In this document: one piece after another, positions 13,910-20,925 of the stretch
How the letters are laid out: every line of letters starts with the position of its first letter
Numbering within the stretch: position 1 is the stretch's first letter
NCBI GenBank assembly: GCA_963802765.1
Contig: CAWDJZ010000003.1
Coordinates: forward strand, 217,987-241,986
Source of the DNA: an uncultured Gaiellaceae bacterium
GTDB taxonomy: Bacteria > Actinomycetota > Thermoleophilia > Gaiellales > Gaiellaceae
Direction: 5' to 3'
DNA: 24,000 bases
The notes under the pieces: model-generated
Database searches by the model: none
Told to the model about the DNA's origin: nothing
What the model saw: the letters and a program-made list of their open reading frames with translations, nothing else
Program-made: the position numbers and the translations under genes

Positions 13910-14935
13910 ATGGCCGAGATCAGCGAGCGCAAGCGGGACCTCCTCAGACGCGTCGTCGAGGTGTACGTCGCCACCGGCGAGCCGGTCGGCTCGAGGACGC
14001 TCGTCGAGCGGTCCGGCCTGCCGCTGTCGGCGTCGACGGTGCGCCACGAGCTCGCCGAGCTCGAGTCGCTAGGCCTGCTCACCCACCCGCACACCTCGGC
14101 CGGGAGGGTCCCGACCGAGGACGGATACCGCTTCTACGCCGGCGAGGTGCTCGCCCGCCAGGAGTCGCGACCGGCCCGGTTCCCGCTCGACCTGAGCTCG
14201 ATGCGAAGCGAGATCGAGGCGGCACTCCAGTCGACGACCGAGATGCTGAGCCAGGTGACGCGGCTGCTCGCGCTCGTCTCGGCGCCCGGCCTCGAGATCG
14301 CGACCGTACGGCACGTCGAAGTGCTCCTGTTGCAGCCGTCGGTCGTCATGGTCGTGACGATCACCTCCACCGGTGGCGTCGCGAAGAAGCTCGTCACCTT
14401 CGAGAACCCCGTTGATCCCGGGCTCGCCGCCTGGGCGAACGAGTACCTGAACGAGCGGCTTGTCGGCGTCGGGCTCGGCACGCACCTCCTCCGTAGGCGG
14501 ATCGACGATCCCGGCTTGACGCCGCGCGAGGTCGCGTTCCTCCACGCGGTCCGTCCCGCCTTCCTCGAGCTCGGCACGCCGACCGCGCAGTCGCTGTACG
14601 TCGGTGGAGCCGCGTCGCTGCTCGACGACGTTCGCGCGGACGAGCTCGAGGCGTGCCACCGTCTTCTCTCCGTGCTGGAACAGCGCGCCGCCGTGCTTGA
14701 GCTGATGAGCGACGCCTTCGACGTGCGGCGCCCGTTCGTCCGCGTCGGTCTCGACCATCCCGGCCTGCACGATGTCGCGCTCGTCGGCGCGACCTACGGC
14801 CTGCCGACGAGGACGCTCGGCACCGTCGGGCTGCTCGGTCCCGTCCGGATGGACTACGACAAGGCGGTGCGCACGGTCCGGGCCGCGGCGTTCGAGCTCT
14901 CACGCCTGGTCGAGACCGCGTACGGCGAAGGCTAG
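13910..14935 (+). CDS. hrcA: Heat-inducible transcription repressor HrcA
   Basis: Intact 341-aa ORF. 'RKRDLLRRVVEVYVATGEPVGSRTLVERSGLPLSASTVRHELAELESLGLLTHPHTSAGRVPTEDGYRFY' is the HrcA wHTH signature. It starts 12 nt after the hemW stop. Confidence 0.93.
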   Translation: MAEISERKRDLLRRVVEVYVATGEPVGSRTLVERSGLPLSASTVRHELAELESLGLLTHPHTSAGRVPTEDGYRFYAGEVLARQESRPARFPLDLSSMRSEIEAALQSTTEMLSQVTRLLALVSAPGLEIATVRHVEVLLLQPSVVMVVTITSTGGVAKKLVTFENPVDPGLAAWANEYLNERLVGVGLGTHLLRRRIDDPGLTPREVAFLHAVRPAFLELGTPTAQSLYVGGAASLLDDVRADELEACHRLLSVLEQRAAVLELMSDAFDVRRPFVRVGLDHPGLHDVALVGATYGLPTRTLGTVGLLGPVRMDYDKAVRTVRAAAFELSRLVETAYGEG

Positions 14936-14944
14936 GCTTCTGCG

Positions 14945-16061
14945 ATGGCGACGGCGGAGCGCGATTACTACGAGCTGCTCGGAATCGAGCGCACGGCCAC
15001 CGAGGCGGAGGTCAAGAAGGCGTTTCGCCGGCTCGCGCGCGAGCTGCACCCGGACGTCTCGCAGGCGCCCGACGCACAGGAGCGCTTCCGGGCCGTCGCC
15101 GAGGCGTACGAGGTCCTCTCGAAGGCGGAGACGCGGCGGCTGTACGACCAGTACGGCCACGCCGGGCTGCGGCGCGGCGGCTACGCGCCCTCCGACTTCG
15201 ACTTCTCGAACCTGACCGACATCTTCTCGGCGTTCTTCGGCGACGACCTGTTCGCGCGCGACCGCGGCGGCCGGATGCGGGGCGGCGATGTCGGAGCCGC
15301 CGTCGCGATCGAGCTTGCGGAGGCGTATACGGGCGTCACGCAGGACCGTCACAGTGGAAGTCGCCGCCGCGTGCACGCACTGCGACGGCGACGGCGCCGA
15401 GCCGGGGTCCGAGCGTGTCACGTGTCAGACGTGCGCCGGCCGGGGGCAGCTGCGTCACGTGTCACGGAGCGTGTTCGGGGAGTTCGTTCGGACCCAGTCG
15501 TGCCCGACGTGCGGCGGCGCCGGCCGAGTCGTCGAGACGCCCTGCACCGCCTGCGCGGGCGAGGGGCGCGTGCTCGGGACGAAAGAGCTCGAGGTCGAGA
15601 TCCCGGCCGGGATCCACGACGGACAGCGGATCCGGATGCGCGGCGAGGGCCACGCCGGCGCCAACGGGGGGCTTCCCGGCGACGCGTACGTCGAGGTTCA
15701 CGTCGCGCGCGATGCGCGATTCGAGCGCGACGGCGACGACATCCTCGCGTCCGTCGACCTCACGATCGTCCAGGCGGCCCGGGGCACGACGCTCACGATC
15801 CCCACGCTCGCGGGTGATGTCGAGCTCGAGTTCGAGCCGGGCACGCAGCCCGGCGAAGTGCGTGTGCTGCGCGGCAAGGGGATGCCGTCGCTGCAACGGT
15901 CCGGCCGCGGCCACCACCGCGTGCTCGTCAACGTGGCCGTGCCGCGGCGTCTGACCGACGAGCAGCGCGAGCTGCTCGACCGCTTCGAGCAGCTCTCCGG
16001 CGAGGACACCTACCGACGCGACGAGAGCTTCTTCGAGAAGCTCCGCAGCGCGCTCCGCTGA
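14945..16061 (+). CDS. dnaJ: Molecular chaperone DnaJ (type I: J domain, Cys-rich zinc finger, C-terminal domains), 1 frameshift near 15340
   Basis: J domain '[32 protein letters not shown]' is in ORF 14945. CxxCxGxG repeats 'CTHCDGDG', 'CQTCAGRG', 'CPTCGGAG' and 'CTACAGEG', plus the C-terminal domains, are in ORF 15288..16061. Confidence 0.92.
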
Positions 16062-16081
16062 GCCTTCTCCGCAAGGTCTCC

Positions 16082-16819
16082 GTGACTGTGCCGGCTGCGC
16101 GGGCCGAGGAGGCGCGTGCGGTCATGCTGGAGCTCTTCCCCGAGGGGTTCGAGGAGACCGGCGGTGAGAGCGGGCTCGAGCTCGTGGCCTACACGAACGC
16201 GGCCGGTGAGGAACGGATCTGGCAGGCGTTCGGCGGCGCCGCGACCGCCGACGTGGCCGACGACTGGGAGGACCGCTGGCGGCAGTTTCACAAGCCCGTC
16301 CGCGTCGGCAGTCTCTGGATCGGTCCGCCGTGGGAGAAGCCGGACGACGGCGCGATCGCGGTCGTGATCGACCCGGGCCGCGCCTTCGGCACGGGTGGCC
16401 ATCCCACCACCCAGCTCTGCCTGGAGCTGCTCGCGGAGGAGGAGCGGGGGAGCGTGCTCGACGTCGGCTGCGGCTCGGGCGTCCTCGCGATCGCGGCGGC
16501 GAAGCTCGGCTTCGAGCCCGTCCTCGCCTTCGACTTCGACCCGCAGGCCGTCGAGGCGACGGAGCGCAACGCTGCGGACAACCGCGTCACCGTCGACGTT
16601 CGCCACGCGGATCTGCGGGAGGACGCGCTCTCCGAGACGGATCTCGCACTCGCCAACATCGCTGCGGATGCGGTGCTCGAGCTCGCGCCGCGGCTGCGCT
16701 CGCCGCGGGCGATCACCTCGGGCTACCTGCTCGCCGACGCGCCGCGGCTCGACGGGTACCGCGTCGAACGACGGATCGACGGCGGGGGTTGGGCCGCCGA
16801 CCTGCACGTGCGCACGTAG
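16082..16819 (+). CDS. prmA: Ribosomal protein L11 methyltransferase
   Basis: Intact ORF with 'IDPGRAFGTGGHPTTQLCLELL' and SAM motif 'VLDVGCGSGVLAIAAAKLG'. Position after dnaJ matches the B. subtilis order. Confidence 0.85.
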   Translation: MTVPAARAEEARAVMLELFPEGFEETGGESGLELVAYTNAAGEERIWQAFGGAATADVADDWEDRWRQFHKPVRVGSLWIGPPWEKPDDGAIAVVIDPGRAFGTGGHPTTQLCLELLAEEERGSVLDVGCGSGVLAIAAAKLGFEPVLAFDFDPQAVEATERNAADNRVTVDVRHADLREDALSETDLALANIAADAVLELAPRLRSPRAITSGYLLADAPRLDGYRVERRIDGGGWAADLHVRT

Positions 16820-16849
16820 CGCCTCGGTTTCTCTAGCCTTTCCGGCTCG

Positions 16850-18157
16850 ATGGCGAGCTTCTCCGTCCGCTTTCTGGGCTGCAAGGTCTCGCAGACCGAC
16901 GCCCAGGCCGTGCGGGAGCGGTTGCTCCGAGACGGGCACCACGAGGTCGCCGGCGGCGGCGACGTGGCCGTCGTCAACACCTGCTGCGTCACAAACGAGG
17001 GGCTGGCGAAGTCGCGCCAGGCCGCCTCGCGGGCGGCGCGCTCGCACGCGCGGGTTTACGTGACCGGCTGCGGCGCGCGCCTCTCGGACACCGCGTTCGC
17101 CGGCCTGCCCGAGAACGTGACCGTCGTGCCGGGCCAGATCGAGCAGGCGGTCGAGACGGTCGCCGGTGACGTGGGGGCGATCGGCTGCGTCCAGGCGGAC
17201 GCGCGGCTCGACCGCGTGCGCGCGTTCGTGAAGATCCAGGATGGCTGCTCCTTCTCCTGCGCGTTCTGCGTCATCCCGCTGGTGCGCGGCGCCACCCGCA
17301 GCCGTAGCGCCGACGCAGTGCTCGGCGAGATCCGCCGTCGCGTCGCTCAGGGTCACCGCGAGATCGTTCTCACCGGTGTCAACCTCGGCTGCTTCCGGGA
17401 CCGCGCGGCCGGGATGACGCTCTCGGGACTGATCCGCGCCGCCGGAGCGATCGACGGCGTCGAGCGCCTGCGCCTCTCCTCGATCGAGATCAACCACGTC
17501 GACGACGACCTCGTCGCCGCGCTCCACGAGACGCCCGTCGTCGGTCCGCACCTGCACGTGCCCCTCCAGTCGGGCGACGACGCGGTCCTGAAGGCGATGG
17601 CCCGCCGCTACACCGTCGAGACGTACCTGCGCAAGCTCGAGCCGCTCGCGGACTTCAACCTGACGGCGGATGTGATCGTCGGCTTCCCGGCCGAGGACGA
17701 CGCCGCTTTCGAGCGCACGGTCGAGACCGTGCGCGCGGCGCGGCTGACGAAGGTGCACGTGTTCCCGTACTCGCCGCGGCCGGGCACGAGGACGGCCGCC
17801 GAGGACACCGTCCCGCCCGAGGTGAAGAAGGAGCGAAGCGCGCGCCTGCGAGCGCTCTCCGACGAGGCCTGCCGCGCCCGCTGGCAGGGGAAGATCGGGC
17901 GCGAGGACGTCGTCCTCGTCGACAGGCCCGGCCGTGGCTACGGCGCCGACTACTCGCCGTGGCTCGTCGACGGCCCCGTCGGCGAGCTCATCCCGGTGCG
18001 CGGGGCGGCCGTGACGGAGGAGGGGATCCTCGCTGCCGTAGCTCGGACGACTGTCTCTTCTGCCGGCTGTACCGCGAAGGCGACCACGTCGCCGCGGAGG
18101 ACGGCTTCGTCGCGATCCGCGACATCAACCCGCAGGCCGAGACGCACCTGCTCGTGA
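16850..18157 (+). CDS. mtaB: MiaB-family radical SAM methylthiotransferase, MtaB-like; true 3' end probably near 18040
   Basis: N-terminal cluster cysteines ('FLGCKVSQ', 'VNTCCVT', 'VTGCGA'). Radical SAM motif 'IQDGCSFSCAFCVIP'. Also 'REIVLTGVNLG', 'LRLSSIE' and 'HVPLQSGDD'. The mtaB assignment rests on synteny with prmA. The last ~35 codons of the ORF (ARTTVSSAGCTAKATT...) are the HIT gene read out of frame. Confidence 0.75.
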   Translation: MASFSVRFLGCKVSQTDAQAVRERLLRDGHHEVAGGGDVAVVNTCCVTNEGLAKSRQAASRAARSHARVYVTGCGARLSDTAFAGLPENVTVVPGQIEQAVETVAGDVGAIGCVQADARLDRVRAFVKIQDGCSFSCAFCVIPLVRGATRSRSADAVLGEIRRRVAQGHREIVLTGVNLGCFRDRAAGMTLSGLIRAAGAIDGVERLRLSSIEINHVDDDLVAALHETPVVGPHLHVPLQSGDDAVLKAMARRYTVETYLRKLEPLADFNLTADVIVGFPAEDDAAFERTVETVRAARLTKVHVFPYSPRPGTRTAAEDTVPPEVKKERSARLRALSDEACRARWQGKIGREDVVLVDRPGRGYGADYSPWLVDGPVGELIPVRGAAVTEEGILAAVARTTVSSAGCTAKATTSPRRTASSRSATSTRRPRRTCS

Positions 18158-18369
18158 TCCCGGAACGCCACGTCGAGACGTTCCGCGACGTCGCCGCGTT
18201 CCCGCCGGACGAGGCGAAACGGATGCTCGAGTTCGTCGCCGAGGTCGCCCGCGGGGCCGGCCTCGAGGACTACCGCGTGGTCGTCAACGTCGGCCCGGGC
18301 GGCGGTCAGACGATCTTCCATCTGCACTGGCACGTCCTGGGTGGGAAGATTCGCGGGATGCCGTCGTGA
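18037..18369 (+). CDS. HIT-family (HinT-like) nucleotide hydrolase; start codon not resolvable
   Basis: 'DDCLFCRLYREGDHVAAEDGFVAIRDINPQAETHLLVIPERH..NVGPGGGQTIFHLHWHVLGG' contains the histidine triad HxHxHxx. No ATG, GTG or TTG lies just upstream of DDCLFC. The only in-frame start (ATG 17959) is deep inside mtaB. Confidence 0.8.
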   Translation, partial: RSSDDCLFCRLYREGDHVAAEDGFVAIRDINPQAETHLLVIPERHVETFRDVAAFPPDEAKRMLEFVAEVARGAGLEDYRVVVNVGPGGGQTIFHLHWHVLGGKIRGMPS

Positions 18370-18394
18370 GGGTCGCGCGCCTTCGGCTTGCTCC

Positions 18395-18421
18395 CGTGGG
18401 GGAAACCATGTTTCCCCCACG
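18395..18421 (+). terminator. Perfect 12-bp inverted repeat with 3-nt loop, 26 nt after the HIT stop; possible U-tail-less terminator
   Basis: CGTGGGGGAAAC-CAT-GTTTCCCCCACG. No T run follows it. A near-copy of the 5' arm (CGTGTGGGGGAAC) recurs at 18441-18453. Confidence 0.4.
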
Positions 18422-18482
18422 AGCCCCCTTCTTCTCACCTCGTGTGGGGGAACTTCCCGGTTCACCGACGCCCCCTCCCCTG

Positions 18483-18510
18483 CTCATGCGCCAAGGTAGT
18501 GGCGCATGAG
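18483..18510 (+). promoter_or_regulatory. Hairpin that sequesters the yqeY start codon
   Basis: CTCATGCGCC-AAGGTAGT-GGCGCATGAG is a perfect 10-bp stem. The 3' arm contains the ATG at 18506-18508, and the 8-nt loop holds the SD-like AAGG. Confidence 0.35.
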
Positions 18511-18949
18511 CCTCATCGCCGAGATCAAGGAGCAGCTCGCCGATGCGATGCGCGACAAGGACACGGCGCGCCGCGACACGCTGCGCCTGATCCTCGCCAG
18601 CCTCCAGGGGGCGGAGAAGGAGCTGCAGCGCGAGCTGCACGAGGACGAGGAGCTGCAGGTGCTCCAGCGCGAGCGCAAGCGGAGGCTGGAGGCCGCGGAG
18701 GCGTTCCGCGCGGGCGGCCGCGACGACCAGGCCGACAACGAGGAGGCCGAGCTCGAGGTGCTCGAGGAGTTCATGCCCGAGCCGCTCTCCGAGGATGAGA
18801 TCGAAGAGATCGTCGACGACGTGATCGCCGAGGTCGGGGCGACGAGCATGCGCGACATCGGCCGCGTAATGGCGGACGTGATGCCGCAGGTCGCCGGCCG
18901 GGCGGACGGCTCCGCAGTGAGCCAGCTCGTGCGCGAAAAGCTCGCGTAG
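18506..18949 (+). CDS. yqeY: GatB/YqeY domain-containing protein
   Basis: Intact 147-aa ORF: 'IKEQLADAMRDKDTARRDTLRLILASL..EELQVLQRERKRRLEAAEAFRAGGRDD.A..E.AELEVLEEFMP..LSEDEIEEIVDDVIAEVGATSMRDIGRVMADVMPQVAGRADGSAVSQLVREKL'. Confidence 0.85.
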   Translation: MSLIAEIKEQLADAMRDKDTARRDTLRLILASLQGAEKELQRELHEDEELQVLQRERKRRLEAAEAFRAGGRDDQADNEEAELEVLEEFMPEPLSEDEIEEIVDDVIAEVGATSMRDIGRVMADVMPQVAGRADGSAVSQLVREKLA

Positions 18950-19037
18950 CGCCGGCGGCGACGCGGCGTTCGACGCCGATCGCTCGGAGGCGTTCGCCGG
19001 GCACGTTCTCGACATCATCAACAAGGGCTCGCTCGCG

Positions 19038-20033
19038 TTGATGGTCTCGGTCGGCCATCGCACCGGGCTCTTGGACGCGCTGTCCGGCGCGGGGGAGGTG
19101 TCGAGCGACGAGCTGGCGCGTGCGGGAGGACTCGACGAGCGCTACGTCCGGGAGTGGCTTGCAGCGATGACGGCCGGCCGGATCGTCGAATACGACCCCT
19201 CGAGCCGGCGCTACAGGCTTCCGGCCGAGCACGCAGTGTGGCTAACCCGGGCCGCGTCGCCGGACAACCTCGCCGTCACAGCGCAGTTCATCCCCCTACT
19301 CGCCACCGTAGAGGACGACGTGGTCGAGCGCTTCCGTGAAGGCGGCGGCGTTCCCTACGACCGCTACAGCCGCTTCCACGAGGTCATGGCCGAGGACAGC
19401 GGCCAGACCGTGCTCTCGTCGCTCTTCACCCACATCCTGCCGCTCGTCCCGGGCTTGGCGGACCGGCTCGAGGCCGGCGTCAGCGGCGCTCGACCTCGGC
19501 TGTGCCGCGGGCGAGCCCTCGTGAAGCTGGCCGAGCGCTTCCCGAGCAGCAGCTTCGTCGGCTACGACCTCTCGCAGGAGGCAATTGCGTTTGCGGGCGG
19601 CCAGGCGGCCGAACGAGGGCTCGCGAACCTCGAGTTCGCCGTTCGCGATCTGAGCACCTTCGACGTCGATGCCGAGCCCGGCGCATTCGACTTCGTCATG
19701 ACGTTCGACGCGGTGCACGACCAAGCCCGCCCGCTCGAGCTCCTGAAAGGGATCAGGCGCACCCTGGCGCCGGACGGCGTCTACCTGATGCAGGACATCT
19801 ATGCGTCGAGCAACCTCGAGGAGAACCTCGACCATGTTGCGGGGCCGTTCCTCTACACAGTGTCGACGATGCACTGCATGACGGTCTCGCTCGCGCAACG
19901 CGGCGAGGGTCTCGGGACGATGTGGGGCGAGCAGAAGGCGCGAGAGTTGCTGGAGGAGGCCGGCTTCGGCACGGTCGAGCTCCACAGGCTCGACCACGAC
20001 CCGATCAACGCGTACTTCGTCGTCCGTCCCTAG
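19038..20033 (+). CDS. Class I SAM-dependent methyltransferase with N-terminal winged-helix domain; compensating frameshift pair across motif I, and the start codon is missing
   Basis: 'GLLDALSGAGEVSSDELARAGGLDERYVREWLAAMTAGRIVEYD' is a wHTH. The MTase core includes 'FVGYDLSQEAIAFA', 'FDFVMTFDAVHDQARPLELLKGIRRTLAPDGVYLMQDI'. Motif I reads 'ALDLGCAAG' only in the alternative frame (ORF 19336..19524) between ~19485 and ~19512. Similarity ('AFDADRSEAFAGHVLDIINKGSLAL') extends upstream to ~18951 with no start codon. Confidence 0.8.
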   Translation: MMVSVGHRTGLLDALSGAGEVSSDELARAGGLDERYVREWLAAMTAGRIVEYDPSSRRYRLPAEHAVWLTRAASPDNLAVTAQFIPLLATVEDDVVERFREGGGVPYDRYSRFHEVMAEDSGQTVLSSLFTHILPLVPGLADRLEAGVSGARPRLCRGRALVKLAERFPSSSFVGYDLSQEAIAFAGGQAAERGLANLEFAVRDLSTFDVDAEPGAFDFVMTFDAVHDQARPLELLKGIRRTLAPDGVYLMQDIYASSNLEENLDHVAGPFLYTVSTMHCMTVSLAQRGEGLGTMWGEQKARELLEEAGFGTVELHRLDHDPINAYFVVRP

Positions 20034-20067
20034 AACTCAGGATTCGGGGACGTCTGCCGCTACCCTG

Positions 20068-20925
20068 GTGCGCGTGAAACGACTGCTCGCACTCCTGCCG
20101 CTCGTAGTCGTCCTCTGTGCGCTGCTCGTGCTGACGGGCTGCGGCTCCAAGGACGCGCTCACGCTCGATCCGGTCGCGTCCGCTGCGTCGAAGACGACCG
20201 AGGCCGGAAGCTCTCGCGTCGCGTTCGAGACGTCGATGCAGCTCTTCGGCAAGGACGTGTCGTTCACCGCCGACGGCCTTTTCGACTACGGCGACTCGAC
20301 CGGCTCGATGACGCTCGATCTGGGGTCGATGCTGCCGCTCGCGGGCGTCGGCCAGTTCGAGCTTCGCATGGTCGACGAAAAGATCTACATGCGCCTGCCG
20401 TCCCTGATGGGGCTGGGCCTGCCGACCGACAAGGAGTGGGTCTCGCTCGAGCCCGGCAAGGCGCTCGAGGGCGCGGGCTTCGGCGGTCTCGACCCGTCGA
20501 GCATGCAGCAGGATCCCGCCCAGCTGCTCCGCCTGCTGCGCGCCTCCAGCGAGGTGACCGCGGCGGGCACGGCGACGATCCGCGGCGTCGACACGACGCG
20601 CTACACGGCCAAGCTCGACCTCCGGAAGTCGATCGAGGCGAGTGCGGAGGAGCTCGAGCTGACGGCGGAGCAGCGCGCCCTGCTGCGCCAGGCCGCCGAG
20701 CAGCTGGTGGATCAGGTCGAGACCGACACGCTTCCGGTCGAGGTGTACGTCGACGACGACGGCCTCCTACGCAGGCTCGCGCTGGATCTGTCGCTGAGCG
20801 CCGAGGGCCAGCGGCTCTCCATGAAGCAGACGACGGACTTCTACGACTTCGGTGTCGACGTCGACGTGGAGGCTCCGCCTGCCTCGCAGGTCTTCGACGT
20901 GACGAAGCAGCTTCAGTCCGGCTAG
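20068..20925 (+). CDS. Secreted lipoprotein of unknown function (possibly LolA/LprG-like fold)
   Basis: Signal peptide plus lipobox 'LLALLPLVVVLCALLVLTGC|GS'. Intact 285-aa ORF with no catalytic motif recognised. The fold suggestion is only an impression from its strand-rich pattern. Confidence 0.7.
   Translation: MRVKRLLALLPLVVVLCALLVLTGCGSKDALTLDPVASAASKTTEAGSSRVAFETSMQLFGKDVSFTADGLFDYGDSTGSMTLDLGSMLPLAGVGQFELRMVDEKIYMRLPSLMGLGLPTDKEWVSLEPGKALEGAGFGGLDPSSMQQDPAQLLRLLRASSEVTAAGTATIRGVDTTRYTAKLDLRKSIEASAEELELTAEQRALLRQAAEQLVDQVETDTLPVEVYVDDDGLLRRLALDLSLSAEGQRLSMKQTTDFYDFGVDVDVEAPPASQVFDVTKQLQSG

Noticed and set aside
13910-16061. Absence of grpE-dnaK between hrcA and dnaJ as evidence of a deletion
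   Set aside because: hrcA followed directly by a dnaJ paralogue (dnaJ2) is the normal arrangement in Actinomycetota, where dnaK-grpE-dnaJ1 lies elsewhere. It is not anomalous in itself.
16010-17758. 582-aa minus-strand ORF overlapping prmA and mtaB. Similar long antisense or out-of-frame ORFs include 12896..14047(-), 10813..11916(-), 3605..4525(-) and 7..615(+).
   Set aside because: All overlap genes with clear family motifs on the other strand or in another frame. All have low-complexity R/A/P/G-rich translations. They are treated as GC-driven artefacts.
20068-20925. The lipoprotein as a functional partner of the AAA+/RF-like gene
   Set aside because: The two genes are convergent, so they are not co-transcribed. 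A secreted lipoprotein has no evident link to a cytosolic ribosome- or Clp-type machine. Adjacency alone is not evidence.
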